A stretch of 64,000 bases of DNA, from NCBI GenBank assembly GCA_038087875.1, contig CM075991.1:6324001-6388000 (forward strand), in the 5' to 3' direction. A program made the position numbers and the translations under genes. The notes below the pieces were generated by a model. That model had not been told where the DNA came from, made no database searches, and saw only the letters and a program-made list of their open reading frames with translations. This DNA is from Malacoraja senta (taxonomy: Eukaryota). Shown in pieces: positions 12,747 through 25,252 of the stretch (its first letter is position 1; each line of letters starts with the position of its first letter).

Positions 12747-13112
12747 AATAATAATAATAATGGATGGGATTTATATAGCGCCTTTCTAATACTCAAGGCG
12801 CTTTACATCGCATTATTCATTCACTCCTCAGTCCCACTCGGTGGTGGTGAGCTACTTCTGTAGCCACAGCTGCCCTGGGGCAGACTGACGGAAGCGTGGC
12901 TGCTAATCTGCGCCTACGGCCCCTCCGACCACCACCAATCACTCACACACATTCACACACATTCACACACATTCACACGCAGGCAAAGGTGGGTGAAGTG
13001 TCTTGCCCAAGGACACAACGACAGTATGCACTCCAAGCGGGATTCGAACCGGCTACCGTCCGGTTGCCAGCCGAACACTTAGCCCATTGCGCCCATTGCG
13101 CCATCTGTCGTC
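12747..13112 (-). mobile_element. tRNA-derived SINE with L2-type tail, copy 2, nested in an HE1-like SINE
   Basis: As copy 1; host SINE sequence flanks both sides (about 12651-12746 and 13113-13265). Confidence 0.85.
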
Positions 13113-13662
13113 CTAGGGACCATTTACAATATTTACCAAAGCCAATTAACCTTCAAACCTGTACGTCTTTGGAGTGTGGGAGAAAACCGGAACACCCGGG
13201 GAAAACCCACACGGTCGCAGGGAGAACGTACAAACCCATTCAATAGTGCTGTAAAGCAGCAACGCTATCATGAGGGAGGAGATGTGGGGATAGGTGTTTT
13301 TCCTCCAAAGGTTGTAGAGGAAAGTGCCTAGGGAGCGATGAGCGAACCAGGGAATTGTGGAGAGAGTGGGCAACAGAAAGGGGTGGGGAGGGGAAGATGC
13401 AATTGATGGTGAGATTGCATTGTAACTGATGGAAATGTTGACAAACAACGATTTGGATGTGAACGCCGGCTGGGTTGAAAGGGAAGAACTCAGGTTCTAG
13501 AATCTGAAATCTCTTGTGCCATCATAAATTTGTTTATTGGCTCTCAACCTTTCCACCAATAGACCCTACATTATATTGAACCCCTTCATATAGTCAGTCT
13601 TTTCAGCAACCTCTAAAACCATATATTACATTGTTACTAACGCTAATACAGCTTGTACCTAA

Positions 13663-13939
13663 AGCCCCTGTCCCACTTTCCCAAGTTACTCACGAATTCT
13701 CCCGAGTTTTCCCCTTGATTCAAACTCGGAAATGCCAGCCGTAGCTATTTTTTTTACTCGTGGACATTTTTCAACATGCTGAAAAAACGTCCCGACTTAC
13801 CTGATGCCCCGAGTGCCTACGGCTGGCATTACGAGCCACTACGAAAATTCTACGGCCTCCTATAGACATTCTCCGAGTTTCAATCAAGGGGAGAACTCGG
13901 GAGAATTCGTGAGTAACTCGGGAAAGAGGGACAGGAGCT
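13663..13939. mobile_element. Harbinger-like MITE, family B
   Basis: TIR ..CCTGTCCCACTTTCCC.AGTTACTCACGAATTCTCCCGAG. Confidence 0.7.
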
Positions 13940-13942
13940 TAA

Positions 13943-14256
13943 TAGCCCTGTCCCACTGTACGAGTTCATTCAAGAGTTCTCCAGAGTTTGCCCTGATTCG
14001 AACTCAGAGATTTACGGTAATGGCCGCTCGCAGGTACTCGGGGCTCTCGTGGACATTTTTCAACATGTTGAAAAATCTTCACGAGTCTTCCCGAGCTTAC
14101 CGCATTTCCCGAGTACCTGCCGTTAGCTTTACGAGCCGCTAAGAGACGTCCCCGAGCTCCGACGTCCCCGCTACGTACAGTCTACGTGCTTCCACGAGTT
14201 TGATTTTTTTTTAACTCGGGAGAGCTCTTGAATGAACTTGTACAGTGGGACAGGGC
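13943..14256. mobile_element. Harbinger-like MITE, family C, abutting the family B copy
   Basis: TIR AGCCCTGTCCCACTGTAC.AGTTCATTCAAGAG. Confidence 0.72.
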
Positions 14257-14692
14257 TTTTAGATACTGTACAATTCAAGACAAAGGGTGAAGATGAAAAG
14301 GAGACCACAACCCCTCTTTGTCCACTCATCTGCCACCCTTCACCTGTATCCACCTATCACTTACTAGACTTTGTCCTGCCCCCCACCTCCTTACCAGCTT
14401 TCTCCCCCCAACTACAATCAGTCTGAAGAAGGGTCCCGACGTGAAACGCTGCCTATTCCTGTCCTGCAGAGAAGCTGTCTGACCCGCTGAGTTACTCAGC
14501 ACTTTGTGTGTGTTTTTTTGTAAACCAGTATCTGTAGTTCCTTCCTAAAATCTGAGTGGCCTTTGCTGTAAATTAATTCCTTTTTTGGACATCGGCATTG
14601 TTGGCGAGGCTAACGTTTGGCTTGAGAAGGACATGCTTTCATGAAGAGACGGACTACAGAAACCGTCGCTGAAGCACTTCATAGGAGTTTTA

Positions 14693-14940
14693 AGGGCCTG
14701 TCCCACTTTCACGACCTAATTCACGACCTCTGCCAAGTTTGCCCTTGACTCATACTCGCAGCATGGTCGTCACAAGGTCGTAGGAGGCCGTAGGAGGTCC
14801 TAGGTAGGTCGTAGGTAGGTTGTGATGCTAGTCGTAGGTACTCGTGGCATCAAGTAGGTCGGGGCATTTTTCTAGCCTGATGATAAATGTCCACAAGTAA
14901 AAAAGGTCGTGAATTAGGTCGTGAAAGTGGGACAGGCCCT
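14693..14940. mobile_element. Harbinger/PIF-like MITE, family A
   Basis: TIR AGGGCCTGTCCCACTTTCACGACCTAATTCACGACC; TTA on both sides (14690-14692 and 14941-14943). Confidence 0.8.
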
Positions 14941-15889
14941 TTACGCTGAGCTGCGTAGGATGCAATTGGCAGGATTTAGCGATCGGCTTAACTGAGGGGA
15001 GAAAGGCAATGGGATTTACCGAAGAAGATCACGAGCTGAAGGGCTTGGAGGGAAAATGTCAGCCTCCACTGAGGGGATCCGATGAAAATCAGAGAAGCGC
15101 AAGGGGTGCTGTCATTCGAAGGTAGACACAAAATGCTGGAGTAACTCAGCGGGTGAGGCAGCATCTCTGGAGAGAAGGAATGGGTGCCGTTTCGGGTCGA
15201 GACCCTTCTTCTTGTAACTCACCAGTTTGTCATTCCACAAAATGTCTAGGTTTACAACAAGGATTGTTTGGAATTAAAGAGGGTGATTCGGGGAATGTTG
15301 CCTTTCCTTTTCCCATGATGAAACACATCAGCTTCCTGCCAATGCAATGATAGTGTAGGCATCTGGAAAGCTTGTTTCTATTTTAAGCAGCAACTTCCTC
15401 CGTTTGGGACGACAATGACTCCCACAGATCAATTACACGTTCTACTGTTCGAATGCGATACTGTAAACAGCACAGATCAGAGTGCAACAAAAAAGCACTG
15501 GCCTTTCAGAAGAGTGACTCAGTCGTGCCACTGGTCTAATGACTGGGTTGTGGTAACATTAAAATCATGGTCGCGTAAACTTTCAATAGGGCCCTCAAAC
15601 ATGAATAAAGAGGCCAACAAATTCAATATCAAAACACTAGAATTCCATGTCCAAAAACTAATGCTGATGGTTCTAGGACAGATGGCCCTACTCATCAATA
15701 AAAGTAATATCTGCAAAGATTTTTGAAAGTACTTTCCTAAAACTGTCTATGTATTATTTGTCGAGGCCCTTGTTGGTACAATTGAGGGCCTTGTTGGAGC
15801 GCCCAATAGTACTCGTGCTCCCCGCACACACTGGCGTGAGCAATCCTTTAATCCCACTGCTTTCTTTTCAAATTGTGATTCCGATAATT

Positions 15890-16520
15890 CTGATTTGTGA
15901 GACACGACCTCCCACGTACAAATCCATGCTGACTATCCCTAATCAGCCCTTGTCTGTCTAAATGCCTGTATATGCTATTCCTCAGAATATTCTCCAGTAA
16001 CTTTTCAACTACAGATGTTAAGCTCACTGGCCTATAGCTCCCAACATTTTCCCTGCAGCCCTTCTGGAATTGAGGCACAACATTTGCCAACCCCCAGTCT
16101 TCCGGCACCTCTCCCGTATTTAAAGACGACACGGAAACTTCAACCAGGGCTCCCGTAATTTCCTCTCTGATTTCCCACATCGTCCTCGGATATATCTGAT
16201 CAGGCCCTGGAGGTTTGTCTACCTTCATACATGATAGTACCTTCAGCACCTCTTCAACCATGTCACTGTCTACTCTCAAGACACTTCCATTGACTGCCCC
16301 AAGTTTCTTTGTCCTCTTGTCTTTCTCCTTGGTAAATACTGAGGAGAAATACTCATTGAGGACCTTGCCCATCTCTCGTGGCTCCACACAGAGTTGACCA
16401 CTTTGATTCCTGAGGAGTCCCACTCCCTCTCTAGTTACCCTTTTTCCCCTTATGTATTTATAAAATCACTTGGGATTGCCCTTAATGCTCTCTGCCAGAG
16501 CTATCTCCTGGCCCCTTTTT
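15890..16520 (-). mobile_element. CR1 LINE ORF2 internal fragment (region N-terminal to RT core)
   Basis: LNEYFSSVFT, K.PGPD.I.PR, GEVPEDW..ANVVP, YRPVSLTSVV.KLLE, SQHGF..GRSCLTN. Confidence 0.88.
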
Positions 16521-17252
16521 GCCAAGCTTCCTTACAAACGTTTGCCTGCCTTGTCCCTCACTCTAGGAACATGCATATCCTGAGCTCGTGTCTATCTTCA
16601 GTGCAAACCAGCCTCTGCAGTTCCTTCCTACACTAGGATTGGTGACATTTGGGTCGGAACACTTCTTCAGTTCCAACACAAAACGTCACCTATCCATGTC
16701 CTCCAGAGATGCTGCCTGACCTACAGAGTCACTCTGGCACTTTGTGGTTTTTTTGGTTAACCAGCATCTGCAGTTCCCTGTAACTGCGTATTATGTTTGT
16801 TAAGGTAATAACAGCATCTCAAAGGCACAATACTTCCCTTGATACATAATAAAAGCAACAAAACTTGCTAAAGCTTTAATGAATATTGGATTTTTTTTCT
16901 GATGGCTATTTCTTGATTAGTTCATCGTGTTGTTAGAAATGCTATCTTTCAGATGTAATGTTACTAGACACCGTTTGCTCTTTCAGGATGATGTAAAAGA
17001 TTTCACAGCACTATTATGGAGACCTTATTTTTGTTGGCCTGATTAATACTTATCTTTCGTTCAATCAGACCGAACTGAATTAGTCATTATTACTATGAGG
17101 CATTGCAGAATTCCAATAAACTACTTTGTTTCCGACATTATGATGCGTTATAACTATTCAAAGGTGCTTTGATGTCTTTAAAGTACTTTATTGGGGCGGA
17201 AAGACACGTGAAAGATCCCCTGTAAAAGTTATGTCTTTCTTCTTCTTTGGAG

Positions 17253-17446
17253 GCCGTTCTAAGAGTGTGATGCCTGGAGAACACAGTTCCAATAGACCGT
17301 CGTCTCCCAATACGCTGGACCGTCCCGTAAAGTCGGGCTGGCTGAAGAAGAAGAGGTCTTTGGTGAAGCAGTGGCAATCTCGGTGGTTCGTTCTTCGAGG
17401 ATTCTACCTGTCGTACTACAAGGAGGAGGAGGATGGGAAGCCACAG
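17253..17446 (+). CDS. ARHGAP25: ARHGAP25 exon 2, start of PH domain (RSKSVMPGE...KSGWLKKKRSLVKQWQSRWFVLRG...KPQ)
   Basis: Pyrimidine tract + GAG acceptor; PH motif GWLKK...W..RWFVL; donor CAG|GTAGTT; phase 1 to 0. Confidence 0.92.
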
Positions 17447-18077
17447 GTAGTTCACCATTGATTGTCAGTAACAAAAGTGCTTAGCAATGGAAGTAAGATG
17501 TTCCTTTCTGATCACCACCCGGATGTCAGCACAGATGCACGGGATGCTGCAATATTGAGCTAAATCAAAGCGCTGGAGGAACGCAGCATCTGTCAGGGAA
17601 TGGACAGAAGACGTGTTGGGTTGAGACCCTTTTTCTGTAGGAATTCCTACAGCAGTTTGATTTTTGATCAACATCTGGTTAGCAATGGCTGCACATGGAG
17701 AGAATCTTGTTTTCATAAAATTGGATAAATAAACTTCACATAAATGTCGTTTAACCATGCAGTTTTCCATTGTTGACGGAAAACCTTTGTTGCTGAAGCG
17801 ATATTTATGAGACTGGCCACTACTTTGAACATTAGGACATTCTTCTACGCCAAATGCACTACACAATGAAAGCTGTTGCTACTTTTAACCAGAAGGCCTC
17901 ACGATAACCACAACATGTAAAAGGTATTTGGACAAGTACATGGATTGGAAAGGTTTAGAGGGATATTGGCCAAACGCGGGCGGGTGGGACTAGTGCAAAT
18001 GGGGCATCTTGGTCGGCATGGGTAAGTTGCTGTGTGACTCTATGACTCTATAACACTTGCATCTGTTTTACCCTCAG

Positions 18078-18165
18078 GGTTCCATTGTTCTCCAGGACTG
18101 CAAGGTCAATGAACATTCCGCAAACCCGGAAGATCCAGGAAAGTTCCTCTTTGAAATTGTCCCAG
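18078..18165 (+). CDS. ARHGAP25: ARHGAP25 exon 3, PH domain (GSIVLQDCKVNEHSANPEDPGKFLFEIVP)
   Basis: CCCTCAG acceptor; donor CAG|GTATGT; 88 nt; phase 0 to 1. Confidence 0.93.
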
Positions 18166-18596
18166 GTATGTCTCACTGTTCTCTTGGGTCATCAAACCAT
18201 GTTTTCCCAGGGATTCATTTCAACCCACTGTGTATTGGGAAGCCCAGGAACATTCCCAACTCAATCACTAGACAATGCCTAGATATTTCATCCGGAATGA
18301 ATGCTGTAATTATGCACTACATTCCTGGGTTACAATGGGGAAAATAGTTAGTTTGGGTAGGATCGTTTCTGTATGAAACCTTCAGTATATGTATAGATAT
18401 GTTGAATGAGCTTTGGTTGTCATGATACCTGTGACTAATCTTCATTGTTATTGAATTCACCATTTCAGTGATTTGACTTCCGATATGAAATCAGGAGATG
18501 TTGTTGGTACATCCCAATGTTGTGCATCAGTCATGGAATAGCTGGATCAGTGAGGACCCAGTTATGAGCGAACTAATGCCATCTCCTCCTCATCCG

Positions 18597-19270
18597 ATGT
18601 ATAAGAAAGAACTGCAGATGCTGGTTTAAATCGAAGGGAGATACAAAATGCTGGAGTAATCAGCGGGTGAGGCAGCATCTCTGGAAAGAAGGAATGGGCA
18701 ACATTTCGGGTCATGACCCTTCTTCAGACTGACGTCAGGAGAGGGGGCGGGACAAAGATAGAATGTAGTCGGAGACAGTAAGACTGGTGGGAGAACAGGG
18801 AAGGGGAAGGGGATGGAGAGAGAAACCAAGAGCTATCTGAAGTTAGAGAAATCAATGTTCATACCGCTGGGGTGTAAACTACCCAAGCAAGATATGAGGC
18901 TCTGTTCCTCCAATCTGTTCCTCACTCTGACAATGGAGGAGGCCTACGACAGAAAGGTCAGATTGGGAATGGGAGGAGGAGTTGAAATGCTGAGCTCAGG
19001 TAGGTTCAGGCAGACTGAGCGGAGGTGTTCAGTGAAACGATCGCCGAGCCTGCGCTTGGTCTCGCCGATGTAGACACCTGCAACAGCGGATACAGTAGAT
19101 GAGGTTGGAGAAGGTGCAAGTGAACCTCTGCCTCACCTGGAAAGACTTTGGGTCCTTGGATGGAATCGAGGGGGGAGGTAAAGGGACAGGTGTTGCATCT
19201 CTTGCGGTTGCAGGGGAAAGTACCTGGGGAGGGGGTGGTTCGGGTGGGAAAGGACGAGTTGACCAGGGAG
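18597..19270 (-). mobile_element. Degenerate Penelope-like GIY-YIG fragment plus terminal unit
   Basis: SFQVRQRFTCTFSNLIYCIRC homologous to the 21.6 kb copy; frameshifted. Confidence 0.8.
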
Positions 19271-19522
19271 TTGAACTCCTCCTCCTGAATCTTATTGTCA
19301 TTCTGTCCCGTATAGAGATTCTATACCGTGCCTGTTTAAGGGCTTGTCTAAATGCTCCTTAAATATGATGACTGTATCTGATTCCAACTCCTCTGGCAGC
19401 ATCTTCCAGATGTCAACCATTGTGTTTAAATCCCCTTTAAATGCTAAATCCCCATCTGTTCACCTTAAACTGCACTTTATATGCTTATTTATGTGTATAT
19501 ATATATATATTCAATGGTATAT

Positions 19523-20014
19523 ATCCCCACACCAAATCCTGGCACCACATCACCCCAGTTCTCAAAGAACTTCACTGGCTTTCCATTTCCCACCGGATCA
19601 CCTACAAAATCCTGGTCCTCACCTACAAAACCCTCAACAACCTGGCCCCCCCTTATCTCATTGACCTCCTCTCCCCCTACCAACCCTCACGGTCCCTCAG
19701 ATCCACATCAGCTGGTCTCCTCTCCACTCCGAAATCAAACCTCTGCACTTTTGGAGGCAGAGCCTTCTCCAGGGCAGCTCCCAGGCTCTGGAATTCCCTC
19801 CCACAACCGGTCCGAAATTCTGAGTCCCTCACCATCTTCCAGTCCCGCCTCAAGACCCATCTCTTCACCTCTGCATACCCTTAGTCCCATGTTCCCCTCC
19901 CCTCTGTCTTACTGCTCTATTTTGTTTTGTTTATTCCTGACTCTCAATTGTAAAGCGACTTTGAGACCTGAAAAGCGCTATATAAATAAAATCTATTATT
20001 ATTATTATTATTAT
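19523..20014 (+). mobile_element. L2-clade LINE 3' fragment with (TTA)n tail
   Basis: HITPVLKELHWL...LAPPYL...RAFSRAAPRLWNSLP...LKTHLF; flanked by TATAT on both sides. Confidence 0.85.
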
Positions 20015-20954
20015 TATATGGACACACTGATCTGTTCTGTATTATTCATGCCTGCAATATTCTGTTGTGCTGAAAGCAAAGCAAGAATTTCATTGTTCTA
20101 TCTGCGACACATGACAATAAACTCTCTTGGAAAGAGAAATCATTTGGATTTGGAAACCAATGCCCTCTTGTTTTTGATATGTCTACCATGGGGAAAAAGG
20201 CCGTCTACTCTGTCTATGCTTCTCATAACCTTATGTCTTCCATCAGTGCAAGCTATCCAATCTCTCCCCATAACAAACGTCCTCCAATCAAAGCAATAAC
20301 ATGGTGGAGATAGACATTTTAAATAACTCAGCACTCTCTCCAGCACAATCACTTCCTCTCCATAGTTTGGCGACCAGAACTGCACAAAATATTTGAAATG
20401 GAACCTTTTTTAAACTTTAGTTGATAACTTATCCCTTTCAATGAAGGTAGTGAAGAGAGTTTACAGGTACACCACTGATATAAGTCTTTGGATTCCTGGA
20501 TGACAGGAACAAGTAATTTGGCATTGATTGTATTTTCTCCAGTTGCATTTAAAAGTGGCAAGTCAAATGGCAAGTCAAATTTCACTACACCAATTGGTGT
20601 ATGTGATAATAAATGTCCTTTGTGTCCTTTGTATCCTTTGTAAGTGTTGGAGAATGGGAGTGGGTGATGTAAAAATGGGATCAGAGAGTCATGGAGGGAA
20701 TTGTCCCTCTGGATGATGTGATGGGGAGGAGAAGATATATCCGGTTGTTGTATCACCGTGGAGGCATTGGTAGTATCAAAGATGATCCACTGACTGCAGA
20801 AGCTGGTGAAGAAGGGGGTGGCGGTGGGGGTGGGGGTGGGGGTGGGGGTGGGAGTGGGGGAGCAGAGGAATCTGAAGTATGGGCATTGTTCTACTGTAAT
20901 GCATTCTTGATCTAATAATATTTACATGCAAGAATATTGAACATATAAATCATG

Positions 20955-21052
20955 CTAGGATTTAAGGAAGCCTCCTCTCAACCTCCCTCCCACCCACATT
21001 TAATTCCTTAATTAAGGAAGGGAGGTTGAGAGGAAGTTTCCTTAAATCCTGG
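20955..21052. repeat. ~100-bp foldback / tiny MITE-like element
   Basis: Arms AGGATTTAAGGAA.C.TCCTCTCAACCTCCCT and AGGGAGGTTGAGAGGA.G.TTCCTTAAATCCT. Confidence 0.65.
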
Positions 21053-21374
21053 GTCTACCATCTAACCACTCGCCTTCCATCTTTCATGTGCTTCTTATCC
21101 AACTCTCTCTGAAATGTATCTCCACTATTACTGAAACACTCCCTGAACTGTTCTCCCAGCACTATGTTCTCATCCACTGTCTTCCAAATATCCTATTTTA
21201 GTTTTTGGCAACTGTCATATCTTGATAATGATGTTGCAAAATAAACCTTAAAGGAGCGTCAACTTTGCTGTTAATTGAATTCTCTTTCATTTCATAAGAA
21301 CAAAACGAATTGGACTTTTTAATAATAGATAAAGCAATTGAGGCACTATTAAGTGTTGTCCAACAGTATAAATA

Positions 21375-22040
21375 TGAAGGTACACAAAAATGCTGGAGAA
21401 ACTCAGCGGGTGCAGCAGCATCTGTGGAGCGAAGGAAATAGGTAACGTTTCGGGCCGAAACCCTTCTTCAGACTGATAGGGGGTGGGGAGAAGAAAGGAA
21501 AAAAGGAAAAGGCGGAGGAGGAGCCCGAGGGCTGGGGGAGAGGAGGAGACAACCAGATGGCTGATGAAGGGGAGGGGACAGCCAGGGCTAGCAGAATTGG
21601 GAGAATTCAATGTTCAGGCCACCAGGATGTAGACTGCCCAAGCGGAATATGAGGTGCATTTCCTCCAATTTACGGTGTTGCTCGCTGTGGCCATGGAGGA
21701 GACCCAGGACAGAGAGGTCAGATACGGAATGGGAGGGGGAGTTGAAGTGCTGAGCCACCGGGAGTTCAGGTTGGTTATTGCGGACCGACCGGAGGTGTTC
21801 GGCGAAACGATCGCCAAGCCTCCGCTTGGTCTCACCGATGTAGATCAGCTGGCATCTAGAGCAGCGAATGCAATAGATGAGGTTGGAGGAGATGCAGGTG
21901 AACCTCTGTCGCACCTGGAACGACTGCTTGGGTCCTTGAATGGAGTGGAGGGGGGAGGTGAAGGGACAAGTGTTGCATCTCTTGCGGTTGCAAGGGAAAG
22001 TACCAGGGGAGGGGGTGGTATGGGAGGGAAGGGAAGAATT
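21375..22040 (-). mobile_element. Penelope-like element 3' part: GIY-YIG endonuclease fragment plus 3' UTR/pLTR
   Basis: ORF 21588..22091(-) contains CxxxxCxxC, NLIYCIRC..C..IYIGET.R.L..RF.EH and GLN.EF, typical of Penelope endonucleases; followed by the short terminal repeat unit. Confidence 0.88.
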
Positions 22041-24106
22041 AGTATAAATATGATTTAGGTTAAATACAGTATGGGTTTGGAATTTAAACATTTGAATAAA
22101 TGATCTTTAAAATATTGAAAGGCTAGCAATAGTCAACATAATCGATGGCCATCGGGAAAATGAAACAGGCTCTAGAAAAGGGATAACTTACATTTTTAAG
22201 AAAGGGTTCAGATATGAGGAAAATGTTTCCAAGTGATCACTAATAAATTCAATCGGAAATTCACAGTTAACTTTACACAGGGAATGCTTGAAATGTGGGA
22301 ATTACATTGAGGTAAAAAGATTTGAATTTCAGGAAGCAGGATACATTTTGTCAGGGAGAAAGAAAGAATCTGATGAAGGGTCTCGGCCCAAAACATCACC
22401 TATCATTGCTCTCCAAAGATCTTGCGTGACTCGTTGAGTTACTCCAGCTATTTGTGTCTTTTCGTGTACTCACCAGCATCTGCAGTTCCTTCTTTCTACA
22501 GAAGGAAATGTTGCTGGGCTGAGGTGTTCATGTACAAACTTAGGCATGGGTTTACTAGGCTGATTCTATGCTGTCAATACTCGGTAATGAAGTCCAGAGG
22601 TTTTTACTTTGACTACTGTTGGGATTTAGGACAAGTGCAAAGTACAGATTTGTAAAACATATTAAATTGGCTTATTTACCAAATTATTCCCCCTGATTGT
22701 GTGGTTGCAGATACATTGGAAATAGTTCAAAAATACTGACTGTATATATTGAACCCATGGTCATTGGAAACAGACACAAGTCTAGCAGCCTTGGAGCCAA
22801 CAATGAGCATTTCATGTCTGTTTTTGGCACTCTACCAAATGTTTCTGGCCAGATGGACATTGGATGTTTTAATGTTTACAGCAAAGTTTCACACAATGCC
22901 ACAACAAAGGAAAGTGTTAGAAATGGAAAATGGGCAACAAAAAATATGTTGTTCTTTCTGCAGAGGGAGGTGCAAAGATTACATCTCAGTATTGCATCTG
23001 AGGCTTCAAGTCACCAGTCGTTTTTGTCAGTGGAATTTGTATTGTCGAGCTCTCCACCACAGATGGAGTGATAAACTAAAGTTAAATGCAGCTGGTGCTC
23101 CGCACCAACTAATACAGTGGACCCTCCTTTTATTGAACGAAGATTATAGCAAACTGCAAAAATGAGGGCGGGAGCTTTCAATTTTGAAAGTGAGATGCTA
23201 AAAACAGAAACAGAACAGATCCATAGCTACAAGCAAGGGGTGGAAGATTGCAACCTTCACGTGGTCTGCCCTGTTTCGACGAATGCAATCAACCCGGCGT
23301 GCACAATCAAATAAGATCAAATAGAACAAGTTGTCCTTCAACTTTAGGCTGTGCAGGCAAGACGAAGAAGAAGAGGCCACAAGCAGCTAACTGAACCCTA
23401 TTTCATGAGTTTCAGGGGCTGGTAATGCAAGTTTGTTCTCATTGCCCACTTTCTTTCTCCCTCGCTGCCCCAACCAAGGTCAGCGTTGTCTCTGGTCCCC
23501 GTTGCGCTCCTTGGGCCCCTTGCAGCTGTTGGGCCTGGAGCACAATGGTAGAGATGACCGAGCAGAAACAAGCAACTGCAGATGCTGATTTACACGATTG
23601 CACACATGGTGCTGGAGTAGCTCAGTTGGTCACGCAGCATCTCTGGAGAACATGGAAAGGTGACGTTTTGGGTTGGGGGATTCTTCTCCAGATTCAGGTC
23701 CCTTGACTCGAAACGTCACCTGTCCATGTTCTCCAGAGATGTTGCCTGACTTACAATTTTACCTAAGCCAATAAATCTATAAACCTGTACGTCTTTGGAG
23801 TGTGGGAGAAAACCGGAGCACCCAGAGAAACTCATGTGGTCAGAGGGAGAACGGACGGAAATAGGAAGCATATAAAGTTAACGTCTAGTTTAGTTTAGTT
23901 TAGAAATACAGCGCGGAAACAGGTTCCCGGCCCAGCGAGTCCGTGCCAACCAGCGATCCCGGCACACTATCCTACACACTAGGGACAATCTACATTTTAC
24001 AGAAGCCAAATTATCCTACCAACCAACGTCGTCATGGGGAAATCGTACAAACTCCATACAGACAGAAACGTAGACAGGATTAAACCAAAGTCTCTGGCAC
24101 TGTGAA

Positions 24107-24327
24107 AGTCCTGTCCCACTTTCACGACTTAATTCACGACCTCTGCCGAGTTTGCCCTTGACTCATACTCGCAGCATGGTCGTAACGAGGTCGTAGGTAG
24201 GTCGTAGCAGACCGTGATGCTAGTCGTAGATACTCGTGTAGGTCGGGGCATGATGAAAAATGAAAATGAAAAATGTCCACGAGTAAAAAAGTTCGTGAAT
24301 TAGGTCGTGAAAGTGGGACGGGCCCTG
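24107..24327. mobile_element. Harbinger-like MITE, family A copy, inserted in an HE1-like SINE
   Basis: Same TIR and internal sequence. Confidence 0.75.
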
Positions 24328-24925
24328 AGGCAGCTGCTCTATCCATGCACCACTGTGCCATAGTTAGGGAAGGAATTCCACAGCTTAAGATTTTAGCAGC
24401 CAAAGGTCAAATCACAGAGATCTCAGAAGGGTGGGGTGGGGGGAGGTGATTACTAAGATGAAAGTGTGACACGGTGGAAACATTGGGGGACATGAAGTTT
24501 TTGAATGAAGATGTTTTTTTGATTGATTGTTCATCTTCACACAAAGTCTGTGGAATTCTCTGCCTCAGAAGGTGGTGGAGGCCGGTTCTCTGGATGCTTT
24601 CAAGACAGAGCTGGATAGGGCTCTTAAAGAGAGTGGAGTTAGGGGATATGGCGAGAAGGCAGGAACGGGGTACTGATTGTGGATGATCAGCCATGATCAT
24701 GTTGAATGGCGGTGCAGGCTCGAAGGGCCGAATGGCCTACGCCTGCACCTATTGTCTATCTTCTATTGTCTCAATGGATACATTTCGCTAATGTAAAAAT
24801 AGTAAAATGTAGGATTAAAGGAAGATCAAGGACATTTTTATCTAAAATCCTAATGACTGGGAAAAATTGATCAAACCCACTTACATCAATACTATCTTTG
24901 AGTGATCAAACCCACTTACATCAAA

Positions 24926-25252
24926 TCAAGTGAGTTTATTGTCATGTGTCCCTGATAGGACAATGAAATTCTTGCTTTGCTTCAGCACAACAGAACATAG
25001 TAGGCATTGACTACAAGGCATTCTATAAATATATACACACATGAATCAATATACTGATAAAGTGCAAATAACAGTTAATTGGCTAATAAAGTTCAGTGTT
25101 TTGTCCGAGCCAGGTTTAATAGCCTGATGGCTGTGGGGAAGTAGATATTCCTGAACCTGGTCGTTGCAGTCTTCAGGCTCCTGTACCTTCTACCTGAAGG
25201 TAGTAGGGAGATGAGTGTGTGGCCAGGATGGTGTGGGTCCTTGTTGATACTG
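24926..25252 (-). mobile_element. Rex1/Babar-type LINE 3' end, same family as the 28.7 kb copy
   Basis: Reverse complement of the 28790-29850 sequence without the L2 insert. Confidence 0.75.

Noticed and set aside
17231..17252. ATG start MSFFFFG of the ORF containing exon 2
   Set aside because: This is the polypyrimidine tract and acceptor; the true N-terminus comes from exon 1.
19481..20299. 272-aa ORF
   Set aside because: Alternative frame of an L2 fragment running through microsatellite and TE tails.
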